The position numbers and the translations under genes are program-made. The notes below the pieces were generated by a model, which worked only from the letters and a program-made list of their open reading frames with translations, did not search any database and was not told the DNA's origin. Source: Podarcis gaigeae (taxonomy: Eukaryota). Taken from it: a stretch of DNA of 64,000 nt. Numbering within the stretch: the first letter of the stretch is position 1; every line of letters begins with the position of its first letter. Positions 36,176-48,520 of this stretch are shown here, piece after piece. The DNA lies in NCBI GenBank assembly GCA_964106915.2, contig OZ066917.1; one strand, written 5' to 3'.

Positions 36176-38435
36176 TATAGAGGAGGTTATGCGGCTTTTC
36201 ATAAGAAGAAGAATTTGTAGGGGGTCATTTGAGAAGCAAGAAGAAAGGGAAAACACTTATTCACTTCCTTAGTTTCTAGTTTTTCTCTTGCCTACATTTA
36301 GTTTGTCCCCTGACCTGAAAGCCATGAACACAGAACTATGTGTATGTGTAAATAAATACCATGGAGAGAGAATGAATGGATGCACTATCTTACAAACTTT
36401 GTCTGTTGATTCCCATTAACGTTGTTGCTGCACATAGTCTGTTGGGACTAGTGAAAAGATGCTAATAGTCACCAGCCATTTGATAAAGTAGAGCTATCTC
36501 TGTCAAGTGCCAGCTCTTCGTTCTTGTAAACAACTGTTATGCTCCAAAGCGCCAGACTTGCAATCCGGTGTGTGCTGAGGCCCATCAATTCTTATGGGGC
36601 TTGTAAGCAGTCAGCTGTTTGCAGGATTGCAGCCAATGGAAGTTCAAATATTGAATGTATTGGCTGCAGCAGACTTATTCATGAATGATCAGGGCAGCAG
36701 GGTAGCTAGCCTGTGCTATTTTTGATTCTTGTTATCTAAGTAAGTTCAGTTTCTGTACCTATAGGCCAATCTGAAAGTTTCATGAGGGAGAAACGAAGAT
36801 TTAAAACCAGGAGCGAGCCCCTGCAGGATATTGAATTGTATCTCACGAACCTTGAAGCTGCGCTCGTTTTATTGATTTATTTTCTCATTTCCAAATGAAA
36901 TGTACTATCCTGCCTCTTCTCCAAGGAGGAAGAGAAAGAAAGGAAAGAACATAAAGAAGTAGAGAGCTACTAAGAAAAACACAAAAAGCAGCCACAGCTA
37001 TTGCAGTAACTAGATAGGAGGATTAGATGCTACATTCTCAGACATTTGGCAGTGCAGTGGCTCTCATGGCAAGAAACTTTTAAATTTAAACCAAGAACCT
37101 TTTATTCAGAAAGCTAATTTCTTTTGTCTGCCATGCCTAGGAAGTTTTGCAGACCCGAATTTTCACAGGATTCCACTTTGGTCTTAAGAAGATTTCACCT
37201 ACAAGTGGCTCTTCTTTTCTGCTAGATCCAAACAAGACCCTCTGTTTTCTATGAAGATTAATTTAGATTTTCTCTTGCAGAGGCATACATCCCTCCGCCG
37301 CATGATCCTTGTCCTTTTGAAAACTAGGTAAAGTCTGTAAAGAGGCAGCTGCGTTCCAACCTCTTTGAACAGTGTCTCTTATATATGAGGAGAATGGCTA
37401 ATCTGTCCTGCAAACACTAGTGGAGACTTGTAATCAGCGGAGAAGGAGGCTGCGCTGGGAATGAATATATCAAGTTACCACAGGCTGTGTCCTTCAGAGG
37501 TGGGTTTTGCTCTATACTAGTTGTCTTTTAAATTTGGACCATATCTAAAATCAGACCACTTTCTTATTACAAGTTGCTTTGTTGACTTGCATTAATTAGA
37601 CTTTCCCCTTCAACAAAAAGACACAATAGTTGGTGAGTTATAATGGTTGCGGCAGTTTCCCCTCTCTTCCTTGCTGAGGGACACATATATGAAATGGCCA
37701 TTTCCTGCCATTTCTGATAACACAGAGGCCTACTTTGAGCCAGGGGCAGGGAGCAGGGAGTGCAGATTGTAAGCATGCTACAAGAGCATGCGCACCGATA
37801 TGCCTGGGGTGGTAAAGATAACATGAGATATATTTAAAATGTCAGATTTTTTTGAGTGGTCACTGCGCAACTCCCTTAATGTTAGTTGTAAATTCTGGGT
37901 TTTGTGATGTGACAGAAGCAAATACTCAATTTATCTATTTGTTGAGGCTTTGAGTAATCTGGGATAAGATAGGGGGAACTACCACTACCAAGTTAACCCA
38001 CCAAATACTGTATATGAAATGACTGCTGTATTAGCTTTCATAATACAGAGGCCTGCTTTGGGGGACATTGTCCCCCAATAAGAAAAAATAATAGCATTTC
38101 AATAAAATAAAAATTGAAGTCATCACATAAATGAAATACTTTGCACAAGTGGAATGGCTTCTGCTCACACAATGAAGCTTCCTCTTCCTCTCCTTTCCCC
38201 ATGCACCCCCAACACAACCCTTCTGAGGGGAAAGGAAGCACCTGGGGGAGCAGAATCATATATTCACCTCAGGTTGTGAGCCTGCAACTTCCCTCACACA
38301 TGTAGAGAATCTCCACGTTAACAAATGTTTGAACTGGCCAGTGGCCCTAATATTACACACTGAACCCAAAAATACACATACTTGGAAATAAGCTCCATTG
38401 AATCCATGGGCCAGGCTTCTTTATAAATGTGTATA

Positions 38436-38686
38436 CAGTCATACTTTGGTTTTCGAACAGCCTACTTCTCGAACGTTTTGGTTCCTGAACGATTGAAACC
38501 CAGAAATGACTGCTCCGGTTTTCAAACGTTCTTTTGGAAGCCAAACGTCTGACGGGGCTTCCACAGTTTCTGATTGGCTGCAGGAGCTTTCTGCAGCCAA
38601 TCAGAAGCCACACTTTGGTTTTTGAATGCTTTGGAAGTTGAACAGACTTTCGAAACAGATTCCATTCGACTTCCAAGGTACGACTG
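38436..38686. mobile_element. Tc1/mariner MITE family B
   Basis: TIRs CAGTCATACTTTGG / CCAAGGTACGACTG, TA TSD, internal palindrome CTGATTGGCTGCAG...CTGCAGCCAATCAG. Confidence 0.88.
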
Positions 38687-38885
38687 TACTTGAAATATTG
38701 TTGCGCATCACTGTTGTCCCTGTGAGAACTGAGTGTTTGCTGTACATAGGGCAAAACCAGCAAAAGTCTATATATCTTTTGTGTAAACTTGACTGCCACT
38801 ACCAAGCTCTCCAATAAGCTTCTAAAGAACACAGTTTGAAACCTGGTGAAGTACTGTGGAGAAGAAAGTGGGCAATGAAATGTAG

Positions 38886-39061
38886 AGGAAGGCCATAGCT
38901 CAGTGATAGAGCACACGCTTTGAATGACTGAGTGTCCAGGTTCAGTCACCACCATTTCTTGGTAGAGCTGGGAGGGATTCCTTTCTGAAACCTTGGAGAG
39001 TCACTGCCACTCACATACTGACCCAGATGGACCAATGGTCTGATCCAACATATGGCAGCTT
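38886..39061 (+). mobile_element. tRNA-derived SINE with CR1-like tail
   Basis: GGCCATAGCTCAGTGATAGAGC (A box), GGTTCAGTC, AGATGGACCAATGGTCTGA. Confidence 0.75.
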
Positions 39062-39543
39062 AAGAACATAACAAGAAACCTTAGCCTGGAATGATCTTTG
39101 CGGATTTTCTTGGGAAACTGAAATGGAGAAAGTTTACAGCAAGGGCGGGGGGGGGGGGAAGGTTGCAGTTGATTTCCTGTATTTTAAAAATGAGGGTAAA
39201 CTAAATAAGTAAATGCATGCACACATGATTTGCCAATTAACTGAAGGTGGCTAAGTCTATCAAGGAAGGATTCAGTCAACTGAAAGGTTGGAGCAAAAGA
39301 ACAGTACATATTGACTTTCTCTCTATTTTGTGAAGGAAGGAAACACATGGCAAAATTAATGAGCAAAAAATGTGTCTCTTCAAAATATCCCTGAGAGGCA
39401 AGGATAGTTTGCCAGCATTTTATGTGCAGAAACTCAGGGCACGATCACCAGTAAGTTCACCTGTGCAAGTCTCGTTAAAATGAAAAGATGTTCCTCAAGG
39501 GCATGGAGAACTTCCCAGCCAACTGTGGTCTTGGGGAACACTA

Positions 39544-39546
<3 letters not shown>

Positions 39547-39593
<47 letters not shown>
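39547..39593. repeat. (ATT)n microsatellite
   Basis: About 15 ATT units, probably a LINE tail. Confidence 0.95.
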
Positions 39594-39596
<3 letters not shown>

Positions 39597-42519
39597 TGAA
39601 TTCATTTACCACCCTATATTATAGACACTAGGGACTTCAATCCTGCAAATTTTATGTATGTTCACTGAGTTCATACCCATTGACATAAACATAGTATAAT
39701 TCATATTAATTCTGCCCCCCCCCCCATTTATTTGTTCATCGGATTTGGTCCAAGGGGATCTATTTGCCCAGAGTTTCAGGAAATGTGTTAAACTAAGGTC
39801 TCCTGATGACTCACTTCAATCACAAGTCCATCTTTCAACGTAAGGGAGATGAAGCAAACCTAATTTGAGTGGGGGGGGGAAATGCTGAGTTTTGGTGGCC
39901 TTGAAAGACATGTCTGGCACAACACAACTTTCAAATATGAGATGAGGTGAATTAGTGGTCTAAAATACTTGTATGGGTTTAGGGTGGAGTATTCCAAAGG
40001 GCTCAGATTCCAGCTGAGTTGAATTAGTACTTTATCCTTTTAAGGAAAGAATCCAATAAAAATTGCTGATGGAAGCCAAGTTCCCATCTGCTCTACCTGG
40101 ACATTATGGATCTCCTGAGAGCTTTTATAAAATGCTATGGAGTCTCTAATCAAAACAAGCCCCTCCCCAAAGCTGGGCTGCGTTCCAACTGTTCACCTAA
40201 CTGTTGCCGTCCATTGTCAGAAAAGTTCCACTACGCATTACGAAGTTAAAACATGCTGCTCAAGAGGAAGATTGCACTGCAAGCATCATCTCATAACTCA
40301 GCAGTGCTTTGTATTATTTGACTGACATGTCAATTAATTCATGTATTATTTTTTTGGGTGGGGTTGAAACTGGGGATGGTTCAGCATAATTTCTGAACTT
40401 CAGCAAAAGTAGAGCTGGACTGACCTACGCAAACCATTGCTGAATTGATGTTCCTTGAATTGCGTTCAATGGGGCATTGCAACTACTAACTTTTGTCTCT
40501 GACTTAGATACACGAGTTGAACACCAGAACAGTGTACCTATGGATTCAAATGAAGGTTGAACCTTCCACACATGTTTATTCAAGAAATGTGTGCATATGC
40601 GAACCATTATGGGCTATGATCTTGTGTAGCACACAGGAAAGAGAGAAACATTGGTACAAAGGGTCTGGTGTGGCAACCAACACTGCTATTTGCCACCAAG
40701 TGTATACTTGTCAGTTATACACAGCAGGCAATCCTGGCTCTCTGAAGAGTATACTTTTGTCAAATATGTGTGTTTGCCAACAGGAGTTTGTTACAGTTAC
40801 ATTGTGTATGTACAATTTTAAATCTTTTGTGTGCACTTAAAGTGCAATGTGTGAATGGCACAAGGTTGTTCATAAAGTAGAACTTTGAGTGCTTACTTAC
40901 ACCATTGAGCCACTCCTGTGCACCCACGAAGCAGTAGTTCATAGAGTAAAGTACAAGTGTTGGTGGGCACATCAAAATGTTTGCACTAATGCTGTTTCTC
41001 TTTTTCCCTGTGCTATGCTTCTTGGGAAAGGACTATGGTGTGGAGACTGGGGAAGTTGATGCTATGTTAAAACAACTGTGATTGAATCTATTGAATGGGT
41101 GGCACTGTGTTGTCAGGATGAGAATGGCTTGGGAGGCACACCTGCCCTGCTATGAGCAGGTAGGTTCCAAAGGATAGGGAGGGAGAGATGTGTCCTTTCT
41201 GCTCAATTGTTGCTTACATGGTCTCTGGCATCTTTGGAAGAGTGACTGTGCTTCAGTTTCGGGAAATTAGAATTAGGCAGCCTAGCCTTTAAATGCAGAC
41301 TGAATTGAATTCATCCCCATCCCTATGTTTATGTACAATTGTGTATAAACTACACATACAGTTAGAAATGACAAAACTATGTATTTCCCCCCAAATTTTA
41401 TGTATGTTTGTATTAATTTGTGTATTTTACCTTGTATCCCACGAAAACCAAAGAAAAGACTAAGAGTAGATGGATGAAGATTTTCCCTATCTAGGTTATT
41501 CCATTAATGGGTCCAATTTAGGCACTTAAATAGAAAGAAGGTTCAATACACGGTAAATGTCTTAGCCCCTAATGGGTAGACCCTCATTTTGAAGTCAATA
41601 GGGCACCACTGAGAGGCAGGGATTTTTCAGCATAGAAAGGAAAGCGAGCAGCTACTAATTTCCATAGTGCTGTGCTTAGCCATTCTTTGCTACCATACAT
41701 GGGTTTTAATATGGATATCTCAGTAAATAAGCAAGGTCTGCAAGTCCTTTTTATATTTGGTTTGCCTTGCTGCAACATCTCAAATGTGAAAGTTCTAGAG
41801 AATGATCTGTCAGGTTGCGGCTTACTTTGGCTAGATTTAGCTTTAAGAATGTAAATCCCCCTTTGCCCTTAATGTCACTCAGCCACGCTCTCTGCTCTGG
41901 AATTGCTAGAAGTATATGTAATGTAATTAAGCCAAGGATCATTTCATTTAAGGAGAAAATCTCATTTCTTCGAGACATAAAGCTCTAAGCAAATAGAAAC
42001 CCCCATGATAGCATCACAAACCGTGTCTCCAGAGTGTCAGCAGGCTATGCTGAAATGAATAGTTCTGAAATACAGGCGGAGATAAGAGTGTTTAAGACTA
42101 TCCATATAGATAGTATTTAAGAAATAATAGTGAACATGCATAGCTGATCAGTGGCAGTGCATGCAGTGGGGCTAAAGTTCCCATGCAGAGTAGCATGGGC
42201 CTACCATGAGCCACACTGAACCTCTTGCCTCAGGTGGCAGACTGGGAGGGGTGGCAGACTGAGTCACCAACAACTGACCACCCTGCCATGCCACACAAGT
42301 CACTGCTGACCAGGCAATGAAATGCCACTGGTGGGCTCGCTTTTTCTTTGGACTGAGGTTCAGCTGCTTCTATGTTTCAAAAAGAGATAGAATAAATGAG
42401 CAAAGGGAATTTCCTGCCTGGTCAGGGTTACTCCATGGTCACCAGCACTTGGCTGGGTCTGCAGATGGAACTCCAGATCAGCCAGGCTGAGGGCATCTCC
42501 ACATTCCCACTATTTAGCG

Positions 42520-42922
42520 CAAGCCAGACATTTGTGACATTAAAGAAGGATATTTTGCTCTGTTACACTCACGCAACAAATCCTCTTTTAACTCCCACCA
42601 GATGTTTTGCCATTTAGAAAGTGGTGGGGAAATGCATTGAAATGGTGGGGTAAAACCATTTCGGGTGTTTTCGGGTATAAAAATGGCGTCATGGGAGATG
42701 TCAGGGAAAACCTGGATGTATGGCAACATGATGGAAAAAAGCAGTGGAAACAGCTCAAAAAGCTTAAAATCTCTTTTGGGGGTACCGGTAAGTTTCCTCA
42801 AAAAAGCTCAACAATTTGGGTTTGTGGTTTGTTCCCCAAAAACCTTAAAGCTCAACAATTCTGGGATCTTCCTAAAAAAAACGGGTGTCAGGAATTTTAC
42901 TTTTTGAAATATGGCAACCCTA
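42520..42922. mobile_element. hAT-like element ending in TGGCAACCCTA
   Basis: Right terminus GAAATATGGCAACCCTA with GGTGTCAGG subterminal motif; left end unclear. Confidence 0.45.
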
Positions 42923-43213
42923 TCCTTGTCATATAATCTTTCTGTAAACAAGTCAGAATGAACACTCAATAAAGGCAGACATAGTCTAACCACCTTGTAA
43001 TCTATGTACAAGCAAATCAGGATGAATTCTGAATAATGGGAGGCAGCCTGAGACTGGGTTATGTGGGGAGAGACCTAAAATAAGACTCCTCTAAGCCTCA
43101 TCTAACAAATACTTGGAACAGACTGGGCAAAGTCTTGTGAGGCTTCTCTATGGGTCATGAGACTTGGGTGGCTTCTCTGTACCACCAGTGACTTGGTGAG
43201 ACTGAGTGAGTAG

Positions 43214-43471
43214 TGTTAAGTTGTGGGTGAACATATCAGACAACACAGCGATTCTCCAAACAGCTCTTGTTTGTTCACAGGTCAGAACAGAACTGAACTG
43301 AAGGGTTCAGCCAGCCTGCTTATATAGAGCTCCAGTACAATGTAACTGTAACAACTTTCTGTAACTATCCAATCACTCAACGTCACTTTCAATCCCTTAT
43401 TTGCATATGTGGACCTGAACTATCTACAGTATCCCCCTGCTGGCCCAGGGTGAGAACTTCAGTACATAACA
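43214..43471 (-). mobile_element. Solo LTR, 258 bp (Gypsy/Copia-type)
   Basis: TGTTA...TAACA termini; perfect 5-bp TSD AGTAG at 43209-43213 and 43472-43476; TATATAA on the minus strand at ~43319-43325. Confidence 0.85.
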
Positions 43472-43614
43472 AGTAGTAGCTGAGGTAGGTGGTAGTGGTA
43501 GGCCTTGCCTCTGCCTCACATGGAGAAATGGCTTGGGCTGGCACACTAAATTCTGAAATCTTTCAAAGTTCATTTTTGAAATGGGTGTTCAAAGAAATTA
43601 AAATGTGATCATTA

Positions 43615-44099
43615 CAGGCACCCCCCCCCCATTTATGCATGTTCAATTCATGCGGGACCCTGCATATGCACAGCCCCAGAAACCCAGGGCTCCAGAAACC
43701 TAGAAGTGGGAGGAGAGACCTGATGAGTCTAAGCAAGGGTCTCCTCGCAAGCTGGAGGCACAGTGGGGCTAACAGGTGACATACAGGAAAGTGCTTGCTA
43801 CTGCTGCACTTTCCCACATGTCAGCTGTTAGCTGGGAAGCCCCGCTTCACTTTTGACTTGCATGAGCCAGAAGGGCAGCAGGTCTTCTTGGCCTGCTCAG
43901 CTGGTACACAGGGAAGAAGCTTCCCCGCACACGAGCTGTGTAAGACCCGCCGCCTTTTGGACTTGCATGAGCCAGAGGGAAAGCAGGGCTTCCTTGACCA
44001 GCTCAGTTGATGCACAGGGCCTTGTTGAGCTGACAGGCATTTTATGCAATTCTACCGATGTATGTAGGGTTTTGGAAAGTAACCCTGTGGAGTTGCCCG
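43615..44099. mobile_element. Degenerate Tigger-like MITE with internal ~105-bp duplication
   Basis: TA-CAGGCACCCC...GTTGCCCG-TA; GACTTGCATGAGCCAGA..G occurs twice (~43855 and ~43960). Confidence 0.55.
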
Positions 44100-44120
44100 T
44101 ATCTGGAAAAGAATAACAGA

Positions 44121-44270
44121 GGATGAGCCGTAGCTCAGTGGTAGGGCATCTGATTTGCATGCAGAACGTCCCTGGCTCATCTACAGGTAAGGCTGGGAGA
44201 GAAAACCCTGCCTGAAGTCCTGGAGAGCCTTTGCCACACAGTGTGGACAAGGCAGCTTCCTATGTTCCTA
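44121..44270 (+). mobile_element. tRNA-derived SINE with CCTATGTT tail
   Basis: GCCGTAGCTCAGTGGTAG (A box)...AAGGCAGCTTCCTATGTTCCTA. Confidence 0.78.
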
Positions 44271-45532
44271 TTATGTATCAGCATGACAAATTAAACACTT
44301 CTAAATCTAATTTCCCCTAAAAACTTTCTCTCCAGCAGCACCCGCAGCTGGGAATGTGTATGTGTTGGAAACTACATTAGGCAACATAAATTATTTCAGT
44401 AGGTCTACTCTTGAGTATGCCTAGCACTGGACATCACCTTTAGCTGGAGAATTTGTTTGGGAATTGCTCCCCTCCCCACACAGAAAAATTAATTACAGTT
44501 CTTGACAGGTCACAGCTGCAGATGTCTCTGAAACATCCGTGTGGGAAGCCAGTTCTGATGCAACACTTTAAATGGGTATTCCTCTATGGGAATCATTCCC
44601 AAAGTCCTCCCATGTAGGAAAATCTTACAACTGTAGAGGCCTTACAAGTGCACTTAGGTCATTTTTACATGTGAGGTTTAAACTGGCTCTTATTGGGAAT
44701 GAAAAACCTGCACTGGCTGTCATTTACATTCTGTTTCCTCTCGGAGAACTGTCTTGTGTTAACAGTATTCATGTGAGACCCGAAAAGTGTGAGAGAAGCT
44801 CAAAATTGCACATCTTAGGGTCACACAGGAAAATGGCCTCTGACTCCAAGGGCCTGTTCTGCAGCAAAGACTGCGGTGCTACACAGATGCTCTCAGCCTC
44901 CTTATCTCCTGTAAACCCAACCACTGCTGTGCCCAGATGCTGCCAATTTCTGCTGCTTATGTCAATGGCTTGGGGAAGAGGTTTCAACAGTTCCTGCTCA
45001 GTACAGTCTTACACCACCTTAGCACAGTCCTTTTGCAATAGCACCCATTAGGAAATATGGTATCTGCCCTGGGTTTTGAAGCTCCTGACTAGAAAATATA
45101 GACCTGCCTTTCTTTTCCAGTGGGATCGCTGAAGAAACATAGAGTGGATCTACACACAGAAACAGCCCCCCTATAAATAAATCAGAAATTAGATTGTGAT
45201 AATAAAATAAAAAACCCTGTATGGAAAAACGCATATAAAAAAATCTGCTCACCTGGTCACAGTCTTCCCTGCTATGATGTGTACTGCATTTATGTTTAGA
45301 TGAAAGTAATGATTCGTAAATTTGCAGTGTGGCCCTCAGGCTGAAAAGGTTTTTTATAGCTTTTCTCCAGAATATATATGTTTAGGATCAGGGTGATGGC
45401 CTTGTAATCTCTTCCTACCTTTGTCACTTTTTAATCTCTGTAGAAAATACCAGCATATTTCCTGTAATCCAAGCCTGAAACACTTGTGTTGTCATTGTCT
45501 GCTTTGCTCTTTCTAATGGTATTTCTGCATCT

Positions 45533-45875
45533 NNNNNNNNNNNNNNNNNNNNNNNNNNNNNNNNNNNNNNNNNNNNNNNNNNNNNNNNNNNNNNNNNNNN
45601 NNNNNNNNNNNNNNNNNNNNNNNNNNNNNNNNNNNNNNNNNNNNNNNNNNNNNNNNNNNNNNNNNNNNNNNNNNNNNNNNNNNNNNNNNNNNNNNNNNNN
45701 NNNNNNNNNNNNNNNNNNNNNNNNNNNNNNNNNNNNNNNNNNNNNNNNNNNNNNNNNNNNNNNNNNNNNNNNNNNNNNNNNNNNNNNNNNNNNNNNNNNN
45801 NNNNNNNNNNNNNNNNNNNNNNNNNNNNNNNNNNNNNNNNNNNNNNNNNNNNNNNNNNNNNNNNNNNNNNNNNNN
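45533..45875. other. Assembly gap (343 N)
   Basis: Run of N. Confidence 1.
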
Positions 45876-46518
45876 ACATTGATTTCACAGGATATTACTT
45901 TACAGTAAACATGCTTAGGAATGTGTACCATAGCCATGCCCTTCTATTTAGTTCCCCAAATCTCCTAGATACCCAAGATCTTCCCTCTTCTCTCCAGCTA
46001 CATTGATAACGGGGAATCTCTCCTGCTTTGAATTCTGTAACGCCCACGTTTTTCCTCACAGAGTCCACACAAAAATATGATTAAAGCAACCATTTTCATG
46101 CTTTGATGAAAGGGCTGAGAGTGTGTCGCTCCAGTACATATGGGTGGGTTGGTCTACCTGAAATGGATACAAAAGCAGCTGTTTCCCTGACTTTCTGAAG
46201 TCGATACCTTCCGAGTTGATCTCCCTGCTTTGCATTCACTGCAAGCACCAGATGGTCCCTGGGTCATGTGAACAAATTCCGGGTTAAACCCAGCTCAGGG
46301 TCTTATTCCATCAGATAGGATCTTTGTATAACAAGCCTTGCCTGGGGATCCTGGTCGTTCCGCTGGATGCTTTGAGTGCCGTAGAGAGCTGTGGAGAGGG
46401 AGAATGTGTGATCCTGCTTTGATGCATAAAAAGGGGAGGAAAAGTTCTAACGCTAATACGTTTAGTCTAAAGTTGCATCACTGGCAGCCTAACACGAGAC
46501 TTATTCGCTCAGAATTAA

Positions 46519-46609
46519 GGCTGCGATCCTAACTCCACCTACCCTGGAGTAAATCCTATTGGATTAAATGGGATTTACTTCTGAGTTGACATGGTTAGGA
46601 TGGCAGCCT
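46519..46609. mobile_element. Short palindromic repeat (MITE-like)
   Basis: GGCTGCGATCCTAAC...GTTAGGATGGCAGCC outer and AGTAAATCC..GGATTTACT inner inverted repeats; related copies at ~1760-1830, ~36555-36633, ~50310-50365 and ~52085-52172. Confidence 0.7.
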
Positions 46610-46833
46610 AGTATCACCGCTTGCAGCAGGAATATTTACAATTGCAACCTCTCTTTTTAGTTGGATTTCTTATATCACAATCAGACCTTTCATTCCTGCT
46701 TCACATGAGTAGCACTTGGCTCCAAGTATGGGTGGCTCCTAGGCAAAACGCCATCTGATAAGCCACCTCCATGGGTAGGCCAGGTGAACTTAGCAGGCAG
46801 CAGTGGGCAACAATTGCTTCCAGCAGCTGGATT

Positions 46834-47095
46834 TAGGACCGTCTCTCTCCATATGAACCTACCCAGACCCTGAGATCACCTTCTGAGGCCTTCTTTGTGT
46901 GCCTCCTCCATGAGAGGTCCAGAGGGTGGCAACATAAGAATGGATCTTTTCTGCAGTGACTCCCCATTTGTGAAATTGGTTTGTCTTTGTTATTATTTTT
47001 AGTATGTATTTTGTGTTTTTATATTTTATGTTGTGAACCACCCTGAGCTCTATGGGTATAGGGCAGTATACAAATTTAATACACAAACAAACAAA
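46834..47095 (+). mobile_element. L2 3' end (internally deleted)
   Basis: RDRLSPYEPTQTLRSPSEA...IFSAVTPHL; TGTGAACCACCCTGAG...GGGCAGTATACAAAT tail. Confidence 0.75.
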
Positions 47096-47594
47096 ATTTT
47101 AACATCTCAGAACACCTGAAGCAACACTATGTCAGGAGCATTGTGGTGGCCGTACCCAGCCATCTAACACTGCTTCGAGCCCCAGACCAAAAAATAATTT
47201 AAAGACAGGGGCTTGGGAAAACATAGGTGGTGGACTCTGCTGGAATGTTGGGGCTCTGGCAGGTACCTGAGAATGCCAGGGGCTGATGCCAAGAGCAACT
47301 GCCCATAAATAATTTTATCAGAAATTTGTAATTGTTGGTATTTGTCATCTATCATTCTAGAAATACTGGGGGAAAAATAATTCTAACAATTTAATTAATC
47401 CTAGAAGGAAAATTTTTTGTATAAATTTTTTGTATATAATCATTTACTCTTTTTCTAAAGCTTGCTTCTGTATGACTAAAAAACATGTATAAACCCAAAG
47501 ACAAGTGTAGTGCCACACACAGTTCTGACATTTTCTGCTTCTAACGCTAAAGAATGGAAGCATTACTATTAAGTAGTATTCACCAAAATTCATA

Positions 47595-48520
47595 CAAGGG
47601 AAATCAAAATGCTTGTTTACAAAGCTATTGTATTGCCAACCTTACTATATGCTTGTGAAACACGGACCACTTATAAACGCCATCTCCAACTCCTTGAAAG
47701 ATTCCATCAGTGGTGTCTCTGAAACATTTCACACATTACTTGGGAAGACAGGCGAACTAGAAGGTGTACTGGAAGAAGTAAAGATCACCAGTGTTGAAGC
47801 AATGATTCTTCAACATCAACTTCTTTGGACTGGTCATGTTGTGTGGATGCCTGATGATCGTCTTCCAAAGCAACTACAGTGGTACCTTGGGTTCCAGATG
47901 CTTCAGGTTACAGACACTTCAGGTTACAGACTCCGCTAACCCAGAAATAGTACCTCGGGTTAAGAACTTTGCTTCAGGATGAGAACAGAAATCGTGCTCC
48001 AGCGGCGCAGCGGCAGTGGGAGGCCCCATTAGCTAAAGTGGTACCTCAGGTTAAGAACAATTTCAGGTTAAGAACGGACCTCCAGAACAAATTAAGTTAT
48101 TAACCCAAGGTACCACTGTACTCTATTCCGAACTTAAAAATGGAAAGTGTAATGCTGGTGGTCAACAAAAGAGGTTTAAAGACTGTCCCAAGGCAAATCT
48201 ACAAAAATGTAGTATAAACAATGACAACTGGGAAACACTGACCTGCAAGCGCTCCAGTTAGAGAACAGCTTTTACCAAAGGTGTCATGGACTTTGAAGAC
48301 ACTTGAACTCAGAACGCAAGGGAGAAACATGCTAAGAGGAAGGCATGCTTGGCAAATCCACACTGTGATCAACTCCTGCCCAGAAACTAATGTCGCCACT
48401 GTGGAAGGACATGTGGATCCAGAATTGGCCTCCACAGTCACTTATGGACTCACTGTTAAAACCGTGTTTATGGAAGACAATCTTACTCGGCTATGAGTGA
48501 TTGTCAAAGAAGAAGAAGAA
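47595..48520 (+). mobile_element. 5'-truncated RTE-clade LINE with (GAA)n tail, interrupted by a MITE
   Basis: KMLVYKAIVLPTLLYACET, LLWTGHVVWMPDDRLPKQL|LYSEL, GGQQKRFKD and terminal C2H2 finger CRHCGRTCGSRIGLHSHLWTH. Confidence 0.9.
47877..48118 (+). mobile_element. Tc1/mariner MITE family A, copy 5 (nested in RTE)
   Basis: Same TIRs; duplicated TA lies within the RTE Leu codon CTA. Confidence 0.93.

Noticed and set aside
38886-44270. tRNA genes at 38886 and 44121 (also 29261 and 62211)
   Set aside because: The A/B-box heads continue into SINE bodies and tails, and no complete cloverleaf is evident.
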